This document shows positions 1-9,746 of a stretch of DNA of 64,000 nucleotides, piece after piece; the stretch's first letter is position 1, and every line of letters begins with the position of its first letter. The stretch spans positions 20,184 to 84,183 of the forward strand of contig JBLWXP010000001.1 in assembly GCA_048267405.1 (NCBI GenBank), given 5' to 3'. The notes under the pieces are model-generated. The model made no database searches, was not told where the DNA came from, and worked only from the letters and a program-made list of their open reading frames with translations. Position numbers and translations under genes: made by a program. The stretch comes from Balneola sp. Lineage in GTDB: Bacteria > Bacteroidota > Rhodothermia > Balneolales > Balneolaceae.

Positions 1-47
1 AAAGTTCCAATTTCATAGTAATTAAAAGTAACATTTTTTAACCCCAA

Positions 48-2159
48 ATGAGTTTCTTAAGTCCTCTTTTTTTATTCGCACTTTTTGCTGTGGGATTACC
101 ACTTCTAATTCACCTGTTGAATTTAAAAAAACCAAAGCGAATTGCGTTTTCAACTCTTGCATTTTTTAATGAATTGCAAAAGTCTACTATTCGCAAAATA
201 CGCATCAAAAGATATATACTTTTATTACTTCGATTGCTAGCGGTTGCTTGTTTGGCTCTAGTTCTTGCCCGGCCTTTCTTACCGCCCATTCTAGGACTTG
301 GAGGTAACACTAATCAGCCCACAATTATTGCAATAGTAGTAGATAATAGCATTAGCATGGCTAGAATTGGCTCAAAAGGTCCGCTTTTAGAGCAAGCAAA
401 ATCGGTAATTAGTGATATTGTTTCTTCAGCTAAAGCGGATGATAAGTTCTTGATTCAGGTGACTAACGGCGAGGGAGTCATCTCTTCAACACTGTCGGAA
501 GGCCAAATAAACCGAGAGTTAGAGAAACTCTCGATAAATAGTGGTGGTAACTACCTTTCGGGGAGGGTCGGTGAGATTATACAAACGCTGTCAGAATCAC
601 CATTTCAAAACAAAAGGTTGTTCTTAATCTCAGATGGGCAGTTTCTAATCAATGAAGAACTAACTTCTGCGGTAGAAAAGTTGCCAGAGTCGGTAGCAGT
701 ATCTCTTGTTAAACTAGAGGATGTTTCAGTACAAAATACATTTATACAAAGTGTATCTAGTTCTACTTCTATGATTGGTGAAGGAATTCCATATCAACTT
801 CAGGTTCAAGTTTCGAACTCTGGAGATGTACTTGCTGCGAATCAGTTTCTTACTTTAGAGATGGATGGAGAAACATTAGGCCAATACCCAATTCAACTAG
901 CACCGGGAGAAACACAGTCCTTTTCATTTGCATTGAATCCCGAAAAAGCAGGTTCAATGAATGGTAAACTTGAACTAGAAGGTGATGAGTTTACCTTAGA
1001 CAACGAGTATTTCTTTACCGTAGAAGTTCCCAACCAAAGACAAGTGTTATTGGTTAGTCAGAATACACAATCATCTGATTCCAAAATCTCATACACTCAG
1101 GCAATATTAGATGCTCCTGATAATGCTCGGGCACAATTGAATTACACGCGTATAAGTAATGATGAGTTATCAAATGCCCAGTTTAATAACTATGACGCCA
1201 TAATTTTAGATGGACTTCGAAGCATCCCAGAATATACTTTTGAGGGGTTGCAGAACTTTGTACAATCTGGAAAAGGGCTGTTGGTTTTTCCTTCTCAACA
1301 AACGGATATTCCTAATTATAATGCTTTTTTAAGTCTATTTAACGCAGGCAAAATTGTCGGAGTTATAGGCGATTACGCGTCTTTTAACAATGTAGCTAGC
1401 GGAACAGAGTTACAAGAAGATCATCCGATTTTTTCGGGTCTGTTTGATAGAAACGAAGATGAAGAACTCCGATTTACGAAACCAGACGTGTATTACTATT
1501 ATAAAGTGGTGGCGACTTCAGGAGGTTCAGGAATAAATCTATTAACACTAAATACTAAAGATCCTCTATTTAGAGAAAAGGAATTTGGACAAGGGAAAGT
1601 TCTTATTTCTACTATAGGGAATGGACCTGGTTGGTCAAATTTTCCTGTTAAAGCATTATACGCTCCATTTTACTATCGCTCTATTTTGTACGCAGCTTCA
1701 TCTCAGCAAGGTGGATTTGCATCGCATGAGCTAGGTGATAGTTTTGTGTGGAATGGAAAATTAAGCCCAAACAATACAAAGCTAATCGCCAATGGAGATG
1801 AAGTTACGGTAACACCTTTGAATCTGGGTGGAGAGGTTAGAATTGAGTATAACGCACAAGAGTGGCAGCCGGGTTGGGTTTTGTTAAGTGATGGCGAAAA
1901 AGAGTATACAGTGTCAGCCAATTTACCGGCTACAGAATCAAACTTTTTAAAAGATCCTGCGTTAGAGAAATTGCAAACTTCGAATACTGCCATGAATCTT
2001 GTAGATGCGGGCAATCAAGACAGCCAAACAATTGCTCAGGCAATTAAGAATAGTGGCTTTGGTAGAGAAATTTGGCACTGGTTTATGCTTGCAGGTTTGA
2101 TGTTATTAATAATAGAGTCATTAGTCTCTATTTACTTTAAAGCGGAAACAATCTCATGA
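48..2159 (+). CDS. BatA-domain membrane protein (Bat/aerotolerance-like; N-terminal double-TM anchor, large extracytoplasmic region, C-terminal TM helix)
   Basis: 703-aa ORF from ATG at 48. The N-terminus MSFLSPLFLFALFAVGLPLLIHLLNLKKPKR matches the BatA-type N-terminal double-transmembrane motif. A C-terminal hydrophobic helix is present (WHWFMLAGLMLLIIESLV). There is an ATGA overlap with the next ORF. Confidence 0.6.
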   Translation: MSFLSPLFLFALFAVGLPLLIHLLNLKKPKRIAFSTLAFFNELQKSTIRKIRIKRYILLLLRLLAVACLALVLARPFLPPILGLGGNTNQPTIIAIVVDNSISMARIGSKGPLLEQAKSVISDIVSSAKADDKFLIQVTNGEGVISSTLSEGQINRELEKLSINSGGNYLSGRVGEIIQTLSESPFQNKRLFLISDGQFLINEELTSAVEKLPESVAVSLVKLEDVSVQNTFIQSVSSSTSMIGEGIPYQLQVQVSNSGDVLAANQFLTLEMDGETLGQYPIQLAPGETQSFSFALNPEKAGSMNGKLELEGDEFTLDNEYFFTVEVPNQRQVLLVSQNTQSSDSKISYTQAILDAPDNARAQLNYTRISNDELSNAQFNNYDAIILDGLRSIPEYTFEGLQNFVQSGKGLLVFPSQQTDIPNYNAFLSLFNAGKIVGVIGDYASFNNVASGTELQEDHPIFSGLFDRNEDEELRFTKPDVYYYYKVVATSGGSGINLLTLNTKDPLFREKEFGQGKVLISTIGNGPGWSNFPVKALYAPFYYRSILYAASSQQGGFASHELGDSFVWNGKLSPNNTKLIANGDEVTVTPLNLGGEVRIEYNAQEWQPGWVLLSDGEKEYTVSANLPATESNFLKDPALEKLQTSNTAMNLVDAGNQDSQTIAQAIKNSGFGREIWHWFMLAGLMLLIIESLVSIYFKAETIS

Positions 2160-2743
2160 TGAAGGAATTACTTTTCCTTTTTTTTGAAGGGGTTATGATA
2201 CTTTTTACCATAGCTTCTACCTTAATGGCTGGTTATTCGGTTCAGAATAAATGGCGATTGAGAAAAGTGCGTATGAGCTGGCGTGCTGGAAGGTTAAAAG
2301 GGTATCCTCTTTTCGCGACAATCTTTTTAATATTAATTGCCACACTAGCTCTAGTGGTATTTATACAAGAAGATTTTGAACGTTATACGACTTTTGCTGG
2401 TTATCTTTGGATAGGCTGTATGTGGTTTGTCTCAAGCTATTTGGCCTCTAAGCATTATATAACAGACTACGGAATTGTAAAGAATATTAATGAGCCATCT
2501 CAGACAATCCCATGGTTTCAAATTTTAGACCAAGTAGAACGAGAGGTGCCTGATGGTATCGAATATACATTCTCGTACTCAGAGCTAGAAAAATCATTAG
2601 TGCAGGGCTTCAAGCAGTTAAAGATATTTGTGCCGAACTCCAAAAAACAGTCGTTCGAAAAAATTGTATCTTTGAAGCTTAAAAATCGCTTTGAAAGTGA
2701 GGAGCTTCCCGAAATCGATTTAAAGAATATTCAGAAAGACTAA
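2156..2743 (+). CDS. hypothetical membrane protein
   Basis: 195-aa ORF translationally coupled to the upstream gene (ATGA overlap). It has 3-4 hydrophobic helices in the first 110 residues. I recognise no family. Confidence 0.5.
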   Translation: MMKELLFLFFEGVMILFTIASTLMAGYSVQNKWRLRKVRMSWRAGRLKGYPLFATIFLILIATLALVVFIQEDFERYTTFAGYLWIGCMWFVSSYLASKHYITDYGIVKNINEPSQTIPWFQILDQVEREVPDGIEYTFSYSELEKSLVQGFKQLKIFVPNSKKQSFEKIVSLKLKNRFESEELPEIDLKNIQKD

Positions 2744-2753
2744 ACGAGAGAAT

Positions 2754-4043
2754 TTGTTAGACGACGTAAAAAATTCAGATATAGAACGCGAGCGAATAAT
2801 GCTAGTTGGGCTTTATGGCGCTAAAGTAACTAGATATCAAGCTGAAGAGTATCTTGATGAGCTAGAGTTATTAGTTGATACTGCAGGAGGTATTTCAATA
2901 GAGAAAGTTCTGCAAAACAAGAACAATCCTGATATATCTAGCTATGTTGGAAAAGGCAAATTAAATGAGTTGAAAAGGCTAAAAGGCGAGCTAAAAATAG
3001 ATACCATTATTTTTGATGATGATTTATCGCCAACACAAATTCGTAACATCGAAATTGGTACCGAAGCAAAAATCTTAGATAGAAGTGGCCTGATTCTCGA
3101 TATTTTTGCTGGACGGGCTAAAACAGCGGCCGCTAAAACTCAGGTAGAACTTGCTCAATTACAATATTTGTTACCCAGACTAACTCGCTATTGGACTCAC
3201 CTTTCTCGCCAAAAAGGGGGGATTGGAACAAAAGGCCCTGGTGAAACTCAGATCGAAACGGATAGAAGAATTATTGGGCAACGCATAACATCGCTGAAAG
3301 AAAAGCTCAAAAAACTAAACCAGCAACGGGTTACTCAGAGAAAAAGCAGATCAGGAATGATTCGCGTTTCTCTTGTTGGTTACACAAATGCGGGCAAATC
3401 AACATTGATGAATGCCTTTACAGAGAGTAAAGTTCTAGTTGAGGATAGACTTTTTGCTACGCTCGACTCTACCGTCCGGCGCTATGAGTTAGATAATCAT
3501 TCTATTCTTTTATCCGATACCGTTGGGTTTATTCGAAAGTTGCCTCACAATCTGATAGAGAGCTTTAAATCTACCTTAGATGAAGTTCGAGAAGCAGACA
3601 TTTTGCTACACGTTATTGATGGCTCATCCAAAATGGCACACGAATACAAAGAAGTTGTTGATAACACGTTAGAGGAGCTAAAAGCCACCAATAAAAGAAC
3701 ACTGCTTGTTCTCAATAAAGTAGATAAAATGAGTGTTGAGCAGATTGCAGATATGAGACTAGAATATCCTGAAGCCATCTTTGTTTCAGCAGAACAAAAA
3801 ATTGGTCTGAATGGATTAGAAGATAAAATTGAAGCGATGATAGAAAGCGAATATAGCCAACATACTTTGTTAATCCCGGCAAGTAAGTATAAGGCAGTAG
3901 CTTTCATCCATGAACACGCCATCGTGAAGCACGAAACATTTGAAGGAAATGAGGTAGAATTAACCTTTAGTATTGCAAAAAAAGATTTTGAACAATTATC
4001 ACATTTATTGAATACTATTGGTACCAATAAAGAGGTTGTATAG
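2754..4043 (+). CDS. hflX: GTPase HflX
   Basis: 429 aa with an HflX N-domain (ERIMLVGL..., [29 protein letters not shown]). G1 motif is [13 protein letters not shown]3 is DTVGF, G4 is NKVD. The start is TTG at 2754 and is uncertain; ATG at 2799 would truncate the conserved N-domain. Confidence 0.9.
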   Translation: MLDDVKNSDIERERIMLVGLYGAKVTRYQAEEYLDELELLVDTAGGISIEKVLQNKNNPDISSYVGKGKLNELKRLKGELKIDTIIFDDDLSPTQIRNIEIGTEAKILDRSGLILDIFAGRAKTAAAKTQVELAQLQYLLPRLTRYWTHLSRQKGGIGTKGPGETQIETDRRIIGQRITSLKEKLKKLNQQRVTQRKSRSGMIRVSLVGYTNAGKSTLMNAFTESKVLVEDRLFATLDSTVRRYELDNHSILLSDTVGFIRKLPHNLIESFKSTLDEVREADILLHVIDGSSKMAHEYKEVVDNTLEELKATNKRTLLVLNKVDKMSVEQIADMRLEYPEAIFVSAEQKIGLNGLEDKIEAMIESEYSQHTLLIPASKYKAVAFIHEHAIVKHETFEGNEVELTFSIAKKDFEQLSHLLNTIGTNKEVV

Positions 4044-4045
4044 TT

Positions 4046-4711
4046 ATGCTAGTTGCCGAAATTCTAAATACCGAGATTTATCCATTAACTCTAAATGATA
4101 CTGTTTCAACAGCGATTCTTAGGCTTGAGCTGTTACGCGTTAATAAGTTTATTGTAGTTGATGAAATGAATAAAGCTCAAGGAATGGTGAATCTTGAGTT
4201 CCTTAATGAGATTCAAGATGAAAGTCTGTTTCTCTCTCAGTTACCATTGGAGCCAGTATTTGCAGTAAGCCGCAATCAACACCTTTTTGAAACTACTCGG
4301 CTTATGCTAACGAACGAACTTTATATCCTCCCTGTGGTAGATAGCGAGCAAAGCTTTATAGGCTTTGTTCGTAAAAGAGAAATATTGTCAGCATTAGGGA
4401 CTATGTTCAACTTGTCTAGTTATGGTTCTGTGTTAACTATAGAATTTGAGCAATTAGATTACACTCTGTCTGACATCGTTAGAATAATTGAGATTGAAGG
4501 TGCTAAGATTTTAGGTGTTGCGGTACAGCAACCTAATGATGAAAGCTCTAATTTTCGTGTTTCTATAAAACTAAACCTTGAAGATTCATCGGTTGTAAGT
4601 GCCTCATTACGTAGATTTGGCTATCTGATCACATCCGAAGAGAATAGTGAAAGTTTGGAGCATGATTTTTCTGACCGTGCAGACGAACTTATTCGCTATC
4701 TTGACCTATAA
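4046..4711 (+). CDS. CBS-domain protein (AcuB-like CBS pair plus C-terminal ACT-like region)
   Basis: 221 aa. It has two CBS-like segments (VVDEMNKAQGMV..., LPVVDSEQSFIGFV...) and lies 2 nt downstream of hflX. Confidence 0.65.
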   Translation: MLVAEILNTEIYPLTLNDTVSTAILRLELLRVNKFIVVDEMNKAQGMVNLEFLNEIQDESLFLSQLPLEPVFAVSRNQHLFETTRLMLTNELYILPVVDSEQSFIGFVRKREILSALGTMFNLSSYGSVLTIEFEQLDYTLSDIVRIIEIEGAKILGVAVQQPNDESSNFRVSIKLNLEDSSVVSASLRRFGYLITSEENSESLEHDFSDRADELIRYLDL

Positions 4712-4744
4712 GAAGTAAATGATAACTTTTACCGTAGCCAATAG

Positions 4745-7741
4745 ATGAGCTTTCAATTAAAGAGCAGTCTTCTCGTAATTACACTTTTTATACTAAGCAC
4801 TGGGGTTCAATCTCAAGATATTCAAGCTCCCAGTACCAATGCCTATCAAAAAGGTGTTGAGCTTTATGAACGTGGTTTTTTTGAAGAGGCAATACTCAAA
4901 TTTCAAGAATTTAAATCAACTAATAAGAACTCAAAGCTAGAGTTAAAAGCAGACTATGAATTAGCCAGAGCTTTTGCGAGTAGCGACTCGTCTCAAGTTG
5001 AATATTATTACCACGAGTTTATCCAAAAATATCCAAAAAGTTCTTTATCCGTTCTCTTGGTCAAGGATTTAGGAAATCGTTTTGTTGAACGAGGGGACTA
5101 TGAAAGCGCAATCAAGTACTACAAAAAATCACTGCCACTAATAAAAGATCAAGTCACGGCAGCAGAAACACAATACTGGATAGCAGAAGCTGCGGCTGAA
5201 CAAGAAGACTATGTGGCCTCAAGAAGTTACTTCTTGGAAGTGGCAGATAATTACCCCAAAAGTGAGTGGGCTCCCAAAGCACTTTATGCAAGAGGTCGCT
5301 TATATCTAACTGATAATGATTTCGACTCTTCATCCATCGCATTTGAAGTTCTTAAGTCGAGATATCCGAACGACCCAATGACACGTAAAGTTGGAACAGC
5401 TCTCGGAGAATCGTACTACCAACAAGGTAAGTATGAGCTAGCAATTGAAGCTCTCAAAAATGCCATGTTTTATTTAGATGACGAGTCTAAGACAAAAGCA
5501 GTGTTTTTAATGGCAGAAGGCTACAATTATTTGGGCGACTTTAAAGAAGCATCAAAGTCATATTTACAGTATATAAATATGACCAAAGGCACTCCTCAAG
5601 AAAGAAATGCTCATTATGGTTTAGGCTGGTTATATCATAAACAAGAAATTTACCATTGGGCAGCCGACGAGTTTGGAAAAGCCGCTATCGGGGATGATGA
5701 AATTGCTCGAAAAGCGCTGTATTATCAAGCTGTAAATCAAAAGTTCTCTGGGCAGTACGAAAATTCTTTTAATACTTTTGCTGAGTTTGGTGATCGCTAC
5801 AAAAAAGGTCTATGGGTTGAAGAAGCACTTTACGAATGGTCTGTTTCTTCTTTTGAAAGTGGGCGCTATGGAGAATCCATTGAAATCTTACTCCAGCTAG
5901 TTAGAAACGAAAAAGAACTGAAAGATCCAGGCAAAATCTACACATTCTTAGGTGAAGCTTATTTTGCAAATAATGAGTTTACCCGAGCAACTCAAGCTTT
6001 TGATGCTGCTGAAAAAGTATCTGATATTGACCCTGAACTTAAACGACAAGCTCGTTTTCAGAAAGCATGGATTTTATATAGAAACCAAGCTTACGAACAA
6101 GCGCAACCTATTTTTGAAGCCGTATATGCAGAAACTCCAAAGTCTGACTTAGGCGCAGAAGCACTGTTTTGGAGTGCAGATAGTTATTATAAAATTAACC
6201 AATACTCACAGGCGGCACAAAGGTTTGCAATCTTCTTGAAGAACTACCCCCAGAGTGAACTTGTAGGCGCCGCACGTTATTCGTTAGGCTGGAGCTATTT
6301 TATTATGGGTGATTTTGAAAAAGCGACCGCTCCATTCGAAGCATTTTTGAATGATTACAATCCACCTCCCATAGCGCTTTTTCCTTACGATACTGATACT
6401 CAACTCCGAACTGGAGATGCTTTTTATGCATTGGGTAACTATAGAGAAGCGATGAGGTTTTATAATAAAGCGATTGGTGCAGAACCTGGTGGTGATTATG
6501 CAATGTTCCAAGTGGCAAATAGCTATTACCGCTCAAACCGAACTTATGAAGCAGTAAGTACTTTTAGAAAACTATTGAGAATTTATCCATTCAGTAGACT
6601 TCGTGAACAAGCACAATATAACGTTGCCTATATCTACTTAAATACAGACAACTACTCCCAAGCAATAGAAGAGTTTCAGTCGGTTATAAATAAATATCCA
6701 AGAACGGAATGGGCAGCGAGATCTCAATATAACATTGGTGATTCGTACTATAATGCTGGCGAATACGATCGTGCGATTACGGCATACAAAAAAGTACTAG
6801 AAGATTACCCTAAGAGCCAATACATCATCGACGCAGTGAATGGTATCCAATATTCTCAACTATCATCAAGCGGATCGGATAGTAGTTCTGCTGTGCTAGA
6901 AGATTTCTTAAGTGACAACCCAAGCAGTAGTACTGCCGATAGGTTGCGATATCGCCAAGCGGAGAATGTGTATCAGTCTGGAGATTATGAAGGCGCTATA
7001 AAAGAATTTCGCCAGTATCTTCGTATCACGAACTCAGAAAATTTAGTGTCACTTGCCTATGCAAATCTAGGTGACTCATATCGACAAACCAATCAGCTTG
7101 ATAAAGCAGCAGAAGCGTATCAAACGATTGTAGATGAGTTTCCGAATGATGAGCAAACACCCTCAGCGCTTACTATTTTAGGAACACTATACTTTGACAA
7201 GGGGGAGTTTGAAACTTCACATAGATATTATAAGCAACTGTTAGATAATGCACCGCGTTTTAAGCAAGAAGCTTATGTTGGAATGGGAAATGCCAGTTTA
7301 GCATTAAAAAAGAATGCCATTGCAAAAACAGAATATGAAAATGCGCTTCAAGTAAATCCAAATAATGCAGCTGCAAGTGTAGGCTTAGGAAAAGTAGCTG
7401 TGGCAGAAGGGAATTATGACGAAGCTCGTACAAAACTAGCTCCTATTGCAGAAAAAAATACAACCATAGTAGGAGCAGAGGCTCAATACTATTTAGGAAA
7501 ATTAGAACAAGACAATGGCGAATTTGAAGCTGCGATAGAAGCGTATTCTAAAGTACGTGTGTTATTCGAAGCCTTTGAAGATTGGGTTTCTAGATCGCTG
7601 TATAATACTGCAGAATGCCATATTCGATTAGGTAACCGAGGCGATGCATTGAGTATTTTAAACGGAATCTTAGAAAATTATCCTGACACCGAAGCCGCAA
7701 CCAAAGCTCAAACACTTCTTAAAAAAACTGGCGATTCATGA
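4745..7741 (+). CDS. secreted tetratricopeptide-repeat (TPR, YbgF/BamD-like repeats) protein
   Basis: 998 aa with signal peptide MSFQLKSSLLVITLFILSTGVQSQ. There are more than 15 reiterated units of the pattern Y..A...Y..G.Y..A...F...YP.S....A. Confidence 0.85.
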   Translation: MSFQLKSSLLVITLFILSTGVQSQDIQAPSTNAYQKGVELYERGFFEEAILKFQEFKSTNKNSKLELKADYELARAFASSDSSQVEYYYHEFIQKYPKSSLSVLLVKDLGNRFVERGDYESAIKYYKKSLPLIKDQVTAAETQYWIAEAAAEQEDYVASRSYFLEVADNYPKSEWAPKALYARGRLYLTDNDFDSSSIAFEVLKSRYPNDPMTRKVGTALGESYYQQGKYELAIEALKNAMFYLDDESKTKAVFLMAEGYNYLGDFKEASKSYLQYINMTKGTPQERNAHYGLGWLYHKQEIYHWAADEFGKAAIGDDEIARKALYYQAVNQKFSGQYENSFNTFAEFGDRYKKGLWVEEALYEWSVSSFESGRYGESIEILLQLVRNEKELKDPGKIYTFLGEAYFANNEFTRATQAFDAAEKVSDIDPELKRQARFQKAWILYRNQAYEQAQPIFEAVYAETPKSDLGAEALFWSADSYYKINQYSQAAQRFAIFLKNYPQSELVGAARYSLGWSYFIMGDFEKATAPFEAFLNDYNPPPIALFPYDTDTQLRTGDAFYALGNYREAMRFYNKAIGAEPGGDYAMFQVANSYYRSNRTYEAVSTFRKLLRIYPFSRLREQAQYNVAYIYLNTDNYSQAIEEFQSVINKYPRTEWAARSQYNIGDSYYNAGEYDRAITAYKKVLEDYPKSQYIIDAVNGIQYSQLSSSGSDSSSAVLEDFLSDNPSSSTADRLRYRQAENVYQSGDYEGAIKEFRQYLRITNSENLVSLAYANLGDSYRQTNQLDKAAEAYQTIVDEFPNDEQTPSALTILGTLYFDKGEFETSHRYYKQLLDNAPRFKQEAYVGMGNASLALKKNAIAKTEYENALQVNPNNAAASVGLGKVAVAEGNYDEARTKLAPIAEKNTTIVGAEAQYYLGKLEQDNGEFEAAIEAYSKVRVLFEAFEDWVSRSLYNTAECHIRLGNRGDALSILNGILENYPDTEAATKAQTLLKKTGDS

Positions 7742-9024
7742 TTAAAACTGTAATGCCTACGCAGCAGCTAAAAGGCAGCATTACTCCTCCACCAGACAAA
7801 TCAATTTCTCAACGTGCCGCCATCTTTGCATTGTTGCATGAGGGCGAATCAATAATAAAAAATTACTCGCCAGCCCAAGATCCTCAAAGTGCACTTTCTT
7901 GTGTAGAAGTGCTTGGAGCCAAAGTAACTCGAAAAGAAGGTGAATTTTCAATTATCGGAACTGGCAGAAAAGGAATTAAAACTCCAAGCGGTGATTTAGA
8001 TTGTGGAAACTCAGGAACTGCCATGCGCCTTTTGGCAGGTGTGCTTGCAGGGGCTGGCGTTGCAGCAAAGCTAGTGGGCGATGAATCCCTTTCTTCTCGA
8101 ACTATGACGAGAATCATAAATCCATTAGAGGAAATGGGTGCGCATATTTTGGCTAGAAATTCAGCATTTGCTCCGCTTTTTATTACTCGAATGAATGAAT
8201 TAATCCCTATGGATTATGAGTTGCCAATAGCGAGCGCTCAGCTAAAATCGTGTGTGTTACTGGCAGGCCTTTTTGGCGAAACACCTACACGTGTAATTGA
8301 ATCGGTTCCAAGTAGAGATCATACTGAGAGGTTATTATCGCTTCCAAGATCAGAAGAAAATGGAAAGAAGATAATTTCAGCATCCATTCAGAATGAGATC
8401 CCAAACCAAAGTTATACGATACCAGGAGATTTTTCTGCAGCGGCTTTTTGGCTAGTTGCAGGCGCTGTTCATGGTCAATCCGAAATTCGTCTAGTTGGAA
8501 CGGGTTTGAATCCTACCAGAAACGCGCTTTTGGAAATATTGAAAGATATGGGGGCTGATATTTCAATTGAAAATAATCGGCTTGAAGGGGCTGAGCCTAC
8601 TGGCGATGTAACAGTAAGAACATCTAAGCTAAAAGCCACAAATATTAAAAAGGCTTTGATCCCTAATTGTATTGATGAGCTTCCGGTGTTAGCTGTAGCA
8701 ATGACTTTTGCGGAAGGCACGTCAGTAATTTCCGGCGCTGAAGAACTTCGCCACAAAGAGACAGACCGCATTATGGCAATAGCTGAAATGCTCCGAGCGG
8801 TTGGGGCGAACTTCGAAGAGACCGAAGATGGATTGATTATTCATGGAAATCCAGAGTTTAGTTTTGACGGAGGAAACTTCCAAAGCTTTCATGACCATCG
8901 TATAGCCATGGCATCGGCAGTTCTTGCTCTTAAGGGGAGCGGTGAGTCTGAGATTCAGGATGCAGAATGTGCAGCTGTTTCATACCCTAGCTTTTGGGAT
9001 GATTTAGAGATGTTGAGTAACTAA
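7738..9024 (+). CDS. aroA: 3-phosphoshikimate 1-carboxyvinyltransferase (EPSP synthase)
   Basis: 428 aa. Motifs seen: PPDKSISQRA, LDCGNSGTAMRLL, ELRHKETDRI, DHRIAMA. ATGA overlap with the TPR gene. Confidence 0.92.
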   Translation: MIKTVMPTQQLKGSITPPPDKSISQRAAIFALLHEGESIIKNYSPAQDPQSALSCVEVLGAKVTRKEGEFSIIGTGRKGIKTPSGDLDCGNSGTAMRLLAGVLAGAGVAAKLVGDESLSSRTMTRIINPLEEMGAHILARNSAFAPLFITRMNELIPMDYELPIASAQLKSCVLLAGLFGETPTRVIESVPSRDHTERLLSLPRSEENGKKIISASIQNEIPNQSYTIPGDFSAAAFWLVAGAVHGQSEIRLVGTGLNPTRNALLEILKDMGADISIENNRLEGAEPTGDVTVRTSKLKATNIKKALIPNCIDELPVLAVAMTFAEGTSVISGAEELRHKETDRIMAIAEMLRAVGANFEETEDGLIIHGNPEFSFDGGNFQSFHDHRIAMASAVLALKGSGESEIQDAECAAVSYPSFWDDLEMLSN

Positions 9025-9097
9025 GACCTCTAGCCTCGCTTTTGACATCTGTCAATCCGTCCGTCAATACGTCAGTTTATAAATTAGCTCATCAACT

Positions 9098-9113
9098 TGG
9101 CATTGTGCTTGCA
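9098..9113 (+). promoter_or_regulatory. candidate sigma-54 (-24/-12) promoter upstream of hsp20
   Basis: TGGCATTGTGCTTGCA compared with consensus TGGCAC-N5-TTGCW. GG (9099-9100) and GC (9111-9112) have the canonical spacing. The hsp20 ATG lies 37 nt downstream of the element, preceded by AAAGAGG. Confidence 0.4.
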
Positions 9114-9149
9114 TTAGTCTTTGTGAAATTAAACAAAGAGGTAAGCGCA

Positions 9150-9584
9150 ATGGCAGACTTCACAGAATTCGGAATTGAAGTAGAAAAACATTTATCCAAA
9201 CTGGGGAAAGACATCCAGCAGTTTGTAGAGAAAGTGGTACCACTTACCAATGAGGACAAAGACTTTGCTCCTGATTGTGATATTGTGGAAAGTGAATCAG
9301 AGTTTAAGATTTTGATTGACTTACCAGGACTATCAAAAAAGGAAATTGGTATTTCGCTAAAGGATAATGTACTCACTATTAAAGGTGAACGAGACATTCT
9401 GCTTTCTGATGGCGAAGAGTTTAAAAGGCAAGAAAGAAGACGTGGTGCTTTTGCTCGTTCTTTTGCATTACCCGAAACCGTTAATAAAGCAGAAATAGAC
9501 GCTAGCTTTAGAAATGGTGTGTTAACGGTTGCTATGCCGAAAGCGGAAAGTTTGAAAGACACTCAATCTATTCCAGTTAAATAG
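9150..9584 (+). CDS. small heat-shock protein, Hsp20/alpha-crystallin family
   Basis: Alpha-crystallin domain present (PDCDIVESESEFKILIDLPGLSKKEIGISLKDNVLTIKGER...FARSFALPE...ASFRNGVLTVAMPK). I chose ATG at 9150 (MADFTEF) with AAAGAGG 8 nt upstream. The track start at 9042 adds 36 residues that overlap the promoter-like region. Confidence 0.85.
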   Translation: MADFTEFGIEVEKHLSKLGKDIQQFVEKVVPLTNEDKDFAPDCDIVESESEFKILIDLPGLSKKEIGISLKDNVLTIKGERDILLSDGEEFKRQERRRGAFARSFALPETVNKAEIDASFRNGVLTVAMPKAESLKDTQSIPVK

Positions 9585-9690
9585 CAGGATTATTACTTCT
9601 AAATAAGTAGAAGTTCGCAATTATATCTCGTTACAAACACTAAATGTGAAAACGAGAAAAGATTTCAAATAAATAATAAAAATAACATTC

Positions 9691-9720
9691 GTGGTTGGCA
9701 CTTTTAAAAGTTCTAACCAC
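9691..9720 (+). promoter_or_regulatory. 30-bp near-perfect palindrome in the dnaK leader (operator or RNA hairpin)
   Basis: GTGGTTGGCAC-TTTTAAAA-GTTCTAACCAC. 9 of 11 arm positions are Watson-Crick complementary, with one further G-U pair if read as RNA. It ends 27 nt before the dnaK ATG. Confidence 0.35.
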
Positions 9721-9746
9721 AAACAAAAAAATCAGATTTCAGACCC

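Noticed and set aside
9042-9149. The 36-codon N-terminal extension of the hsp20 ORF given in the track (start at 9042).
   Set aside because: The extension is not alpha-crystallin-like and overlaps the promoter-like elements. ATG 9150 has a good AAAGAGG ribosome-binding site.
9092-9562. 156-aa minus-strand ORF antisense to hsp20.
   Set aside because: It lies entirely within a well-supported gene on the other strand and has a low-complexity Ser/Leu-rich composition typical of shadow ORFs. The same reasoning applies to 3545-4027(-), 27471-27842(+), 30940-31281(+), 35660-35965(+), 36380-36775(+), 61016-61414(-) and the many 60-130-aa antisense ORFs inside dnaK, the LTD gene, glyQS and others.
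9691-9720. CIRCE (HrcA operator) upstream of dnaK.
   Set aside because: The left arm contains TTGGCACTT, which resembles the TTAGCACTC half-site. But there is no matching GAGTGCTAA half-site 9 nt away, and the actual symmetry axis is different.
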